Made by a program: the position numbers and the translations under genes. Shown piece after piece: positions 30,701 to 42,684 of a stretch of DNA of 64,000 nt. Each line of letters starts with the position of its first letter. Within the stretch, counting starts at the first letter, position 1. This DNA comes from Trichoplax adhaerens (taxonomy: Eukaryota; Animalia; Placozoa), in NCBI RefSeq assembly GCF_000150275.1, contig NW_002060947.1, positions 3,958,335 to 4,022,334 on the forward strand, given 5' to 3'. Under the pieces are notes generated by a model. It was not told the origin of the DNA and made no database searches. It saw nothing but the letters and a program-made list of their open reading frames with translations.

Positions 30701-33700
30701 AAAATTAAATTTTTATGGGCCATGAATGTTATATTACTATAGAACTGCCTTTAATATTAGCTCAATTAAGTTACTATACCGCTCCAGACTTTCAACTTTT
30801 TTCTCTAATTCCGTTACGATTTGTCGGTGTTGGGTGGTTAATTGGTTATCATTCTGTGAATTATCTCTTAAACGGCTGAAGATTAAATATGAAACAAGCT
30901 TTACTTTGTATTCTAAGGAATTACTGTAGTCAAATATTTACATTATTATGGTAGAGACAGTAGACGAACGTATGATGCATAGCAAAATGTATTACTTCTC
31001 TAGGGCTGTAATTTGGTCAGTGAAACCCTTCTCTCTGGATTTAATTTCTTGTTGCCTTTCTTGATAATCTTTTAGCACACTGAAAGATGGGATTAGATGA
31101 TTAATAAGTTAAACCATAGATATATGAAAAAAGGTAGTAATAGCAAAGGTGTTACGTGACAAAACGTAAAAAACGTCGTATCACCAATTCAAATATTTTT
31201 AAAAAATATCTTACAGGCAACGATATATACTGCATTACCTTTCTAGACCTTTATTTTTTTCCTGTAGTTGAAGAAATTTTTGTTCAGTCTCCCGCACCTG
31301 GTTTGAATTGGTGCTGTATCGGCCATTCAATTTGATATAATCATCAACCATGAAAGTGTTCAAACAGAAAATTTTCTTTAGCGAATGGTATCAGTAAGGT
31401 AGATTAAACAAATATCAGGTACTAATTTGTGAAGTAGATTACGCTATATGGTACCTATTTTGTTCTTGTACTTGGCCCCTTAATGATATTATAATGGACG
31501 CTTTATTTTCATTTTCTCCTTTTAATGCGGTTAAATTTCTAAACCGTTTTCAAATTGGACAAGCTAGTTATTATTTAGTTTTTGTAATAAGATTGGAAAG
31601 AATACTTGCTAATATAAGAATCTTTATTGTAGATATTATAACTGTACTTTTGCAACTCCACAATTCTGTCTTCGTAGCCTTTAATGGCATAATCATGACG
31701 CTCCGTTGCTTTTTGCAGCTTCGGTAAATATAAATATAAATATAAGGAGAGAGTATGGTATCTTTGGATAGTGTACGCAAGGTGCAAGGAAAGGGCAGAG
31801 ATAGGGACGAGAAGTGGCCGTTCAGTGCAAAATAATGTGTAAGCTTATCATTTTTTCGGTCATTCTACTATACAGCACCAATGAAACTGTATAGTATCCT
31901 GTACTGCATAAAGTCAATCAATTTCGTAGCTAATTTGGGAGTCAGTCGTAGACAGTAAGGTGTACCACTGCAGACATACGATACAGTTAAAATGACCAGC
32001 AAAATAATCGGTTATGACATTATTAATATAGTGAACGACCATTTCCCGTCCGTGAAAAAGGGTAACTGGTTCTGAGAACCTTGGTAAAGTATTAATTATA
32101 TAAAATCATAATCATTACACAACTTTCTATTGTAAGATGAGTTCGTATGCTACAGCATCATCTAAACTTGTAGAGTTAAATTACTTGTTGAGAAAGATTA
32201 GCGTTTTGTTGCCTTTGTGTATTTAGTTCTTGATCAAATACAGCGTTAGAGCGAGTTGTATTCTAGAAAAATGACGAATTTATAGTTATATTAATTACGA
32301 TAGATTGGGATAGTTTTACAATGTTACTGTGCGAGTTCTATAAATTTATAAATGGTATTCATCTGGTACTGTGCTAAGCAATAAGGTTTTGATATCCTTA
32401 CATCCTTGGAACGTTCCTTCAATTCTTGAATCTCGTTCTCATTCCTTGCGATAGTACCCTCTTTCTCTTGTAGTGTCTCCTATTTATATCGATTAAAGAT
32501 TATTTCATGACGTTGATTATCTGTGGCCATTATACTGTAATAATTTATGACACAACAATTTACAAGCTACCGAATTTTACTGTGTTTCAAACCTCAAGAG
32601 TAGCATTTTTGGCTTTTTCATCAACAACTGCTTTCTTTAGTACCGTTATTTGACCGCGTTGCTGAATAACATTCGCATAACAAAATTTAAGGTTAATAAT
32701 GGCATTAAAGATATGACTGAGAAGACTTTGATAATAATCTATTTTTCTGCAGCGTTTCTAGATTACATGATAAATCTGAATATAAATCTGGGTGGTCTTA
32801 CATTATAGAATTATAAAAATAATGTTATAAGTTAATAAATTCAATTTAGAACGTAAATTAATATAGAATAGTCAGAATACTCGAATATATTTATAACTGA
32901 TCTCATTAGCTCATGACAACACATAATGTAAATTAAATATCTTACGAGTCTTATTGAATATTTTATTCATTATATTTGAAAGTTTCATGTATAATGTTTC
33001 AGTGCATCCAATGCTAGTTAAAACTGTGATCTAAAGTAGCCTACTTCAATATGATAAATATGTATGAGGCGTCGCTTTATACTTCGCAAAATGTAAACTG
33101 TACATAAAATTCGCAACCGTTTAGCATAAATTTCTATACCACTATTTCTGGCCGAAATAGAAAGATATTCTGGTATATTAAATTAATTAAACATATGTAT
33201 TCTGACTAGCTATTCTTTAGCTTCTTTTCACGTATTGGTGCGAATATCATGTACTATTGTGGCAATATAGTACGGGCATACTATTCTTTAGGCATTTAAG
33301 TATTACTGCTCACATTAACTAATTGGCATTCTTAATGGTCAACTTATATTACACCATTTGATAGACATCATTTTAGTTTGATACGCATATTCAATTATTT
33401 AATGTCTCAAATATTATATTACATCTGGATACTTTGTGATAGCCTAATTATCAAATTACAGTCGTAAAAGGTATCATACTAATCAATTCGATTTCTGGAA
33501 GCATTTCTATGACGAGCAAGCAGCTATTCTATGTAGTCCTATGTACTGACAGTTGCTGCGCTTGAATTGGCGATCGACTCGTGTGTGACTACAACGCAGA
33601 AATGTAGAGTACAGCTATAGGTCGACATAAAAGAAGTTAATGGAACTGTAAAGTGAGCATACCTATGCTTTCCTAAGAAAATCAGTACATTGTCAAGCGC

Positions 33701-34364
33701 TACCGTAGTTTCAAACTAACTGCGGTTGGGGAAAATTATCTATAGCCATCAACTACCGCCGTATTCAATAGAGATTAATATTACGTTGACGGTTGTGGAA
33801 ATATACTAGTTATAATACTCATACAACTGTTGGGCGTTTAACATGTCACAACTTTGATTTTGTTCTATGTTATACCAGCTTAAGGTTAGTTAATAAAAGT
33901 TGCAAAAAGAATGGTATTTATTTTATTTTGACGAACCAGACTTCAATTGGTTAAACTAAGATCGATATTACTTACTTTCCTCTTACTGTAATTACATACT
34001 GCACTTGCATACTCCAAACGTGGTGCTATCGACGAAGTGTGGTGTTTTGTACAGTATACAGCGTGGTACGACAGATATTGGTAGTTGAAAGTTCTAATTT
34101 GTAGAATCAATCTACTTTAATTGATTCCATGAATTTAGAAGATGGTATACCTTGATATAAGATACATTGCGATCTGTAGTCCTATTTTATATTACAGTGT
34201 ACTGTATTTTGACTTATTGTACTTGTTATATTATTAAGACGGGCCTTAGCTAAGTATGATAATATTGATGCAATACACCCCCATTAACATTGATAGAAAT
34301 CCTATACCTTTGCGTATTCTTGTAATAGCTTCTGATACTTCTGATTTACATCAGTAGAACTCAT
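24798..34364 (-). CDS. PPP1R21: Protein phosphatase 1 regulatory subunit 21 (KLRAQ1/CCDC128; FERRY subunit Fy-2) orthologue with an internal exon-repeat expansion
   Basis: Exon 1 (34308-34364) is MSSTDVNQKYQKLLQEYAK and exon 2 (32593-32661) is QRGQITVLKKAVVDEKAKNATLE, matching human KYQKLAQEYSKLRAQNQVLKKGVVDEQ. Other matching segments are AVFDQEL, ALDVPTHD, LQENSSYLNP, LKVTNDCIVSSV, KEHWMLEYQL and LQAIDSKATSFFSE. The C-terminus is DELQTTTRSYDSQLSMMSEHLCNMNDKL...GGSRRR* (stop 24798-24800). Confidence 0.93.
29338..31538 (-). repeat. Array of 11 paralogous symmetric (phase 2-2) coding exons inside PPP1R21
   Basis: Exons at 31455-31538, 31239-31313, 30996-31079, 30780-30875, 30523-30630, 30276-30365, 30109-30192, 29916-30023, 29750-29836, 29560-29643 and 29338-29445. 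All lengths are multiples of 3, all are stop-free, and most end in an I-x-x-L-Q-x-[RK]-I-x-x-L-E-like motif. Confidence 0.85.
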
Positions 34365-34539
34365 GATGGCTGAAGTATCTAGGCGGATTTCAGACTGTTT
34401 TGTAGTATCTTATAATCGACTTTCAGAGATGGAAATAGTTGTTTCGGTTCCCTAGGTGCTATGGCAATTCAGATTTGGAGATGGCTCAGAGACAACTTAC
34501 CGCATCTTTGCTGCGTTCCACTTCAGGCCTAGATACAGT

Positions 34540-35420
34540 ACGCGTACACGTCGAGTACAGTATAGTATTAGTGAGTTACAGTACTGTATACTGTACAGTA
34601 AAGACTCAAAGTACTGTACTGTATAGTAAAGACCCACAGTACGCTACAGTACATGTACTGTAAGCGCATATCAATACGTCATCGACTATACTGCAGCTAT
34701 CGACGGCACTAGAGACCCTCCATGAGATAGAGGGTTTCTAGACGGTACCAGTGTCGAAGTGGGCGGAGTACAGTACACTCAGTAGAGTACTGGTAACTTA
34801 TGTACTGTACACTGTACACTACAGTAGAGCACAGTACTTTGTGAATTAATTAATAAATTTAAATTATTTAATTTATATACAGTATACAGATAATTAAGAA
34901 ATATCCATCAAAAAGTGAAAAAAGGAGTACTACTCCAGGCCTATATACTGTACAGTGTACAGTACAGTACTGTACGCGTACACAAAGAGTACTGTACAGT
35001 ACAGTACAGTACTGTACTGTATAGTACTGTATTAGTGAGTTATAGTACTGTACACTAGTGTACAGTACTGTACAGTAAAGACCCACAGTATACTACAGTA
35101 CATGTACTGTAAGCGCATATCAATACGTCATCGACTACAGTACTGTACTGTACAGTATACTGCAATGTACAGTACTGTACAGTACTGCAGCTATCGACGG
35201 CACGAGAGACCCTCTATGAGATAGAGGGTCTCGAGACGGCACCGGTGTCAAAGTGGGCGGAGTACAGTACACTCAGTAGAGCACTGGGAACTTACTTAAC
35301 TACTGTATGTACTGTACTGTACTTTGTGCATTAATGAATAAATTTAAATTATTTAATTTATACTGTATATACAGTTAATTCAGAAATATCCATCAAAAAG
35401 TAAAAAAAAGATGGACTAGT
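34540..35420. repeat. Duplicated 370-400-bp block upstream of PPP1R21, with GTAC[A/T] arrays, a GAGACCCTC/GAGGGTCTC hairpin and a GC box
   Basis: AAAGACCCACAGTA..CTACAGTACATGTACTGTAAGCGCATATCAATACGTCATCGACTA...GTGGGCGGAGTACAGTACACTCAGTAGAG...ATATCCATCAAAAAGT is present twice (about 34565-34930 and about 35026-35420). Confidence 0.9.
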
Positions 35421-36819
35421 TCCAAGTAACTAATAAATGACTTATCACTGTGCCTACGTATTTAAGTCTGATTTGCGTTCCAGGTAGCTACTAATATTAA
35501 GTCGAATAATGTGATATCTAGCAAAATTAAAACATCGACAGGTGTAATTCTGAGAGGATTCTCTTGACCGCCGACTCACTTAATTGTTATCATAAAGAGA
35601 GATATCGTTCGAGCTAGAATTCTACAATATCTTGTAGGCTTGTAGAACGAGCTTTGAAGTGATATTTCGAACACTTGTATCAACTTTATTTATTTTAAAT
35701 TATAATATTCATATCTTTATGTTATTCCTCTAATACATTAACCGCTGATCTTAGTTCATTAATTTATAGTTAACAGCATTGCTAGTTATAATTACGGCAT
35801 TATAATAATCGTCAAACAGCCAGCCCTTCCCGCTAGATTTACAAACCGCGCTTTATACAAGTATTGCGGATATCTCTACATACTGTGTTTATAATTTGAT
35901 AACCATTATTTGTGTTATACCCATACAATGTCCTGTACATACTCCACCTAAAAATGAAGTATGCGATTATAATAAAATGCATAGTATTATTCATTCTTTA
36001 TTCTTGCATTTGAATATAAATAATTGCATTCCTAATTTTATGCATCATTCCTGCATGCTCTAAATAATCATCGATTCAAAAGATTCCATTTTCTGTATAT
36101 TTGAATAAATACAGCAAAATAATATGCACTTGTAAAGTATTGTCAAGCCGTTAGAGGACCATACAAAGTGGAAATACATAAGTGACTTTAACCTAAAACG
36201 ATGTGGAACGCAGTTCTACGAGTTCTATAGGTTGCAAGTTTATGTATAAAGCATGAATTTAAAATTTTGTAAATTAGAATGGAATAACATATTATTTTGT
36301 AAAATCGGAAGTTATATCTGCCAACAACAACAGATCGGATTTTATAGTGACTGATAACTTAATCATAAATCGTTACCCACTTCACCTAGCATCTACATCA
36401 ATATAATTAAGCTTAATCTTATAATTTTTTTAGGGGATTTTTTATGACTAATGGAGTTCCAGAAATTTCGATTTTTGTATATTCGTGTATCTTAACTCAA
36501 CATGTTACCCTCGTAATGTTATACTGTATATTAACTCGGTTTTTTGGTTGGCTTAAGCAATGAAAATCCAATTGATTTTTGAAATGTTATAATTTATGAC
36601 TCGTAAATCATGAACGCCGTATGTGCGTATCAATTACTGTACAATAACTTAAATATCAACCGAAACTGCAAAAGATGACGTACTTAGGATAACAGTATCA
36701 CAATAATCGATTTATCAGCTTCATTCTAAATCATTATTCATTAATTACTGTAATTAATGAATGAATGAAATCTCATAAATTACATATAGAACTAATTATT
36801 TTGTTATTAATATTATACT

Positions 36820-36851
36820 ACTAGTGTATGCCCACGAACTCTGTTCGTTGG
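36820..36851 (-). mobile_element. Possible Helitron-like 3' terminus (hairpin + CTAG|T)
   Basis: The minus strand reads CCAACGAAC-AGA-GTTCGTGGG-CATACA-CTAG|T: a short stem-loop a few nt before CTAG, followed by T. No 5' end or Rep/helicase ORF was found. Confidence 0.35.
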
Positions 36852-38929
36852 TTGTGGTTATTTAAAGTTGTACTTTATTCGATAACTTCGTCAGTATTAT
36901 TTATTGTACTATACTGAAAATTTTCTAACCACTTCGTATGTACAGTACAATATAGAATGAATGTGCTTGCTCCAGGGGCCAGTCGGTATGATGTCAACGT
37001 GCGCGTCACTCAAGAGCACGTGACAGTCAGTGATGGAAGCTACAAAATCAGCTCTTACGCAGTCTGTGCTGTACGGTGTAGTGTAATGTTACAGTAGTTG
37101 AGTAATGAAGCAGAACCAGGAAGAGGCCTCCGAACTTCGGAGTACAGTACAGCAAAAGTTGAACTCCGACACAATGTACACTACTGGGCGGTCAGCTAGA
37201 CCTGTCGGCCGTCTTGATCCGGAAAAACAAGGGTGGGGTAGATGGATGAAATGTTTACGTATTTATTTTACCGAACTTACAGTATGTATATTATTTTTTT
37301 GGAGATATTGTGCTGTTCTGTACTAAGGTGTTTCAGATCGAACTAGTGCAAAGAATACACTTTAGGGCTTGATATCCCTTCATATTTTTATAATATCAGA
37401 TAATTATAATTATTACTGTATTTTGCTACTCAACAGAGTCTACTGTGCTTGTTATTTGGTGCTGTTGGGACTTGGGAGTGAGGATTTTACCAATGCTCTG
37501 CAGTGCGACTGTTCGTCATTATTGCCACTAGTAAGCACCAACAGCATTTCAGTGTGTAGTGCACGCCTGTGTTTGGATTAACTCAAATGGCTAGTGTATT
37601 AGCTACTAAGCACATGTATTTAACTCTAGGCCTTGGGTTTCAACGAGCTCGCTAGTTGTAGGAGAATTTAGTTATGCGTATACTCGTATGCTTATCGCTA
37701 AGGTTAGTCATGAAGTACGGGGATATTATCATTAATTAAATAAAAAAATAAAAATAAATATACCGTGCAGTATAATAAATAAACAAACATAGAATTATAA
37801 TAAAAATAAGTGCATTTCTAGGAGCATTGGTCGCGGTTACTCCACGCGGGACTTGTCCAAGTGCAGTTGTAAAATGTTCATAAAATTTTATAAGGCACAG
37901 CACAGCAATAATATACACATATAATCAGAACTTTGAAATCGGAATGTTAGCTCTGTCTTTACAGTAAATAAATTGTTGGTATTACCTTCGTTCTAATGTT
38001 CTGCTCTTCTAACAGATATGGCAGTTAATTAATTGATTAAGAATTAGAATAATTATCATAATTATTAATAAGCGATAAATACTAAAGTGTTACTATATGC
38101 TGTGTTACTACTGTTCCATCTTTAATGTATGCTGTAATCTCGAATTTGTAATGACAAAGTTTTCCAAGTGTAAATTTAAAATATGCGTAGTTTGAATTAA
38201 AATAAAATTTTAAAAATTCTACAAAATTTCGTCTCAAGAAGCAGGCGCACACGTGAAAAAGTACAGTACTGCACTGTCTTGACAATGTGATCTTCAAATT
38301 TCGGACAGTTACTACTGTATGTGCGTCGTGATATACTGAAATTAAAAAGTTTTACAGTCCTAAATCCTATGATATGGCTGAAAGCATGATCGGATACTCT
38401 TATAATGGAGAATATAGTGAGCACCGGGATAATTACAATCCTTCATTTGTTGCATTTTTCAGTACAATATACTAAAGGTATCAAAATGCAAAAAAAGCAG
38501 TCAGTAAGCAGCAATAAAGCTTGTTTTTATGAAACTATTTGGTAATTTTTTGATTCATACTACAGTAGTACACCATGGAGACATGGATGTACAGTATTTC
38601 ACTGTCAATAGTTATAGTCAATACAGTAATAATATTATAATCATTAGTAATAAAATTTTAAATAATAATAATTTTTAATTATTTGTTAAATCAGCTTTTA
38701 CAGTCCATAATACAGTGCTAAGAGGTTGGTGATTACTGTACTGTACTGTACAGTACAGTGTACACTGTACAGTACAGTACGCTAGTGCAGTTCAGGGTTC
38801 GCTACAGTGCATTGAAGTCAGTGCAATTCCACATAGTGGATAGTACCGTGCAGTAGTGTAGCGTACTGGGTGATGTGCAAGGTCAAATTAGTGATGGAGC
38901 GAAGAATTTTGAGTATGCATGAACTAGTA

Positions 38930-39320
38930 ATTCTCACATTGGCTGAATGTCGATCATCCTTACTGTACCGCCCATTATATCCCTAGCACCGCCCAAGCCA
39001 AGAAAACGTGACAAAAGAACAGCCATTTAATCGCATATGGTGGCAGCTTATTGTCTTCGTAAGTGATTACATATTGTGGCCTGTCGAAAGCTGATTTGCA
39101 AATGCATTTCAATATGTTGTTTTGCTTGCGCAACAATCAAAACAAAGATGAGAGCAAGCAACATCGCATTAATTATCGGCCTTCATTTGCATATTCATGA
39201 CTAGTTCGGTCACTATAGCAACTACATTAGCAGCCAATCACCGACACGTCTGACGTTATCATGATTAATTAAGTAAAAACTGAATGCCAATCAGATCTTC
39301 GCTGGCCAATCGTGGTAAAC
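38930..39320 (+). promoter_or_regulatory. POU3 proximal promoter with an octamer/heptamer POU site, SOX-like sites and multiple CCAAT boxes
   Basis: ATTTGCATATTCATGA at 39185-39200; AACAAT and AACAAAG at about 39132-39147; GCCAATC at about 39233, 39286 and 39305, plus ATTGGC at about 38938. Confidence 0.6.
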
Positions 39321-39393
39321 GTGATAGGGCATCTTTCAACACATTAATGTGTGTGTATCTGGCGGCTAAACCTTGTAGCGAGACCGAAGGAAG

Positions 39394-40494
39394 ATGGCAG
39401 CCCCTTCCAATCATTATAGCGTGACTGTTTCTTCTACGGCTTCTACGAATGATCCAAGAATGGCTACGCCAATAAATGTTCAGAGTCAATTCGCACAAGT
39501 GCATAAAGTAGTTCAATTTCAGGATCCTAATCAACAAGTACAAGCTAATGTTGTCGGTGATAGAATGGGAGGCAGCCGTATGCCTCCGCCTCAACCGTGG
39601 CCTTTACCGGAAAGCGGCGGCCAAGTTCCTTGGCCAGTAACTACAGCTACTTCTCAAAATTTAATCGATATCAAACCGCATAGGCATGAAGATGGTCAAG
39701 TAACTATGGCTGATCCTATACCTTTGCATGCTCGCCCTCAATTAGTCCCAGCACATGCGCATCCAGGTATGATGGAGCATCCCCGCTGGCCTACAGGACC
39801 TGCTGCAGGACAAGTTCATCCTGATCAGAGATCGCATCTAAATGCCAATGCACAAATTGCTTATCCTATTAATGGTTGTGTACCTGGCCAAACGATGCCG
39901 TCTCATGTTGGTCCTCCACCACCACATATGAGAGAACAACGTGAGAACGATAAGCCAGGTAATGAGAATCAATCGGAAGACACACCCACATCAGACGACC
40001 TAGAACAGTTCGCTAAGCAATTCAAGCAGAGGAGAATCAAGTTAGGCTACACACAAGCTGATGTTGGCCTTGCTTTAGGTAGCTTGTACGGTAATGTTTT
40101 TAGCCAGACAACGATCTGTCGTTTTGAGGCTTTGCAACTTAGCTTCAAAAATATGTGTAAATTGAAACCGTTACTGAACAAATGGCTTGAACAAGCCGAT
40201 AGCAATAATAGTAACCCAAGTGCTGTTGATAAAGTAGCAACGCAAGGAAGGAAGCGTAAAAAGCGTACCTCTATTGAAGTAGCTGTAAAAGGAGCCTTAG
40301 AAAATCATTTTCTTAAACAATCTAAGCCATCTGCACAAGATATTGGTTCATTAGCCAACACTCTACAATTAGATAAAGAGGTTGTGCGTGTATGGTTCTG
40401 TAACAGGAGGCAGAAAGAGAAACGACTTAATTCAGCAATGTCAGGTAATGGCGAGGATTCACATTTATTGGTGGAGTCACAGATGAATCAGTAA
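39394..40494 (+). CDS. POU3: POU domain class 3 transcription factor (Brn-1/2/4, Oct-6 family), single exon, 366 aa
   Basis: POU-specific domain [71 protein letters not shown], a class III-type linker, and homeodomain [12 protein letters not shown]...[15 protein letters not shown]. The N-terminus MAAPSNHYS resembles that of vertebrate POU3 proteins. Confidence 0.97.
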   Translation: MAAPSNHYSVTVSSTASTNDPRMATPINVQSQFAQVHKVVQFQDPNQQVQANVVGDRMGGSRMPPPQPWPLPESGGQVPWPVTTATSQNLIDIKPHRHEDGQVTMADPIPLHARPQLVPAHAHPGMMEHPRWPTGPAAGQVHPDQRSHLNANAQIAYPINGCVPGQTMPSHVGPPPPHMREQRENDKPGNENQSEDTPTSDDLEQFAKQFKQRRIKLGYTQADVGLALGSLYGNVFSQTTICRFEALQLSFKNMCKLKPLLNKWLEQADSNNSNPSAVDKVATQGRKRKKRTSIEVAVKGALENHFLKQSKPSAQDIGSLANTLQLDKEVVRVWFCNRRQKEKRLNSAMSGNGEDSHLLVESQMNQ

Positions 40495-42684
40495 TTGAAA
40501 CAAAAAAGCACTTCAACCTATTACTTTAAATTGGGAAATTCATTTGATTCGCTCACTCTTTTATCTTTCGAAAGTTGCTGCTACTACTACAGTGAATTAG
40601 TAAGTTGGTAAAACGAAAATTTGACGAATGAATGATAGCTTACAGATGAAGCATTCTATGAACCGATTTAATCAATGAAAGTGCTGTATGTAGTACCGTA
40701 CTTGTTTTGTGTTATTTTTTCTAGAGTATATTGTACGTAATTAAGCTCTGTTAAATTTTTCGCTAAACATCGTCAGTAATGTACTTGTACATTGTCTATT
40801 ATCTAAGAATATTATTAATGTAGAGTTTCTACTATCTAGTTTAACCTGCATGGCAGTTTTCGTGTACTGGTGTCTAGTTTTTGAAGATGGCTACGAAAGA
40901 ATTTTTTTATGAACTTCAGTTATACGATAATAGCCTAACGACTACTATACCGTACAGTTGGCGCTTTTTGTGATATTACCTTTTTTATGTAGACCAAATC
41001 GCTTTTTAATACATGTCATTAACCGTGGAAAAGATGAACGAAATGTAGTCGTTTTCGTTGTTTCTGATGATATCAGTTGATCATAGCCTAACTTCCTCAT
41101 CTTTTGTTATCCTGTATGATCTACTAAGAATATAATTTTGTTGATAGATAAAATAATTATGTCAGCACTGTATTGTCACTGTACAGTCTGTATTCTAGTC
41201 GGCGTTTGTGCAGTGAAATGTAAAGATACTGTATCATAAATGGTAAATGTAAAATATAAAAACAGCCAGTGCAGTCCGCTAGCACCGTCAATGATTACCT
41301 ATTTGAGAGCTATGTCGAATAATCGAAACGATCATACTGTACTATGAGTTTTTGTTTTCATAAAGGGTCGACTTTTGTATCGTGATATCATTCATATCTG
41401 TGATAGTGTTGTGTTATAATGTCACATTGATACTGTACGCGTATATAAAGAATGCTGTATTGTGTCTAATTTTTATTTTACCCTTCCTGCCGTCGTTTTT
41501 ATTTTTAAGCTGTAGAAAAAGTGCAGCGCAGTATAGTATACGTATAGCTGTACTATACTACTAACATTTTTGTTTCAATTGCCTCGTCGCAAGGGTATTA
41601 TTCATCAATGTGGCTTATAATTTCTCTTGGACGATTGTACATAGGTATTCGAGATGTAAAAGTAGCAACGCTAACTTTGACCAATTACTGTATCTGTAAT
41701 GTAGTTTCACTATAATTTCAGATATGCCCTCAAAGAACGATCTGCCACTTTACTCTGTACTTATTCAGTTGCAGTTACATTAGTGTACCTATAGACGAAT
41801 GCTTCTCACTGTGATACAGTGCGACATTAAGCGTTGTACTGCAGGTTGCTGATGTAAATGATGACAGCATGTTCTGTTCTTACATTCTTATCAATTAAAC
41901 AGCAATAAAATGAAGAATTGCAATCTGCAAACTGACTAAAATTATACACTGCCCTACAGTACAGTAGCATGTACGTAGTGCATTTTTTAATCTCCAGTTC
42001 ATTAATAGGTATCGGTTATTACCGTTCGTGAGGGTATATCTGCAGTGATTACTATTCTGCTGCGATGATTACAATTTTAAAATTATAAATGAACAAATAA
42101 CTACTGTAATGAGTAATCGTTTTCATAGAGCATTACTGTATCTGTTATTGTATTTGTTACTACAGATTTTTTTTAAGTCTGCTTACGGCACCGATAAAGA
42201 TATACATCTTGATCTTATTTTCAATAAAGGCATCTTACTACCTAAATTTGTTACGCTTGCAAGATTTTGCCGTGATGATAGTCCAATTATTATATGTTTG
42301 AACAATGGTTTGATACGCATACCACTACTTGGTCGTAATTCTACGTGTGGCCACTTGTCTTCCTAATCACTAATCAGTTGTTATCAAAACAGGATTCTGG
42401 CATTACGCAATCTCCGTCTGCCGTCACGAGTTATTCTTGTAAAAGAGCAAAGTGAGGCTGACTCCATCAATGCTATTTACATTACAGTTAAGACTTCAGA
42501 GGCTCTTTTCTTTTGCCTTCTGCACTAAGTACAGTACTACCATCGTGATGGTGTTACAATGCAGTGTGTATATTGGTACCTTATTTAATTAATCTAATTT
42601 AACAGTAAATGGGAAATATCTGACCTGCAGTAAAAAATGAAATGGCTCACCAGCCATAATTCTTCCTTCGAAGCCTCAGTTTTT

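Noticed and set aside
29338-31538. Obligate mutually exclusive (Dscam-like) splicing of the PPP1R21 exon array
   Set aside because: The introns (79-159 nt) are long enough for normal splicing, all exons join in frame, and I saw no docking or selector sequences. Cassette or constitutive use is more parsimonious.
37105-37260. GW-GR motif suggesting an amidated neuropeptide precursor
   Set aside because: Single copy, with no signal peptide and no repeated cleavage sites.
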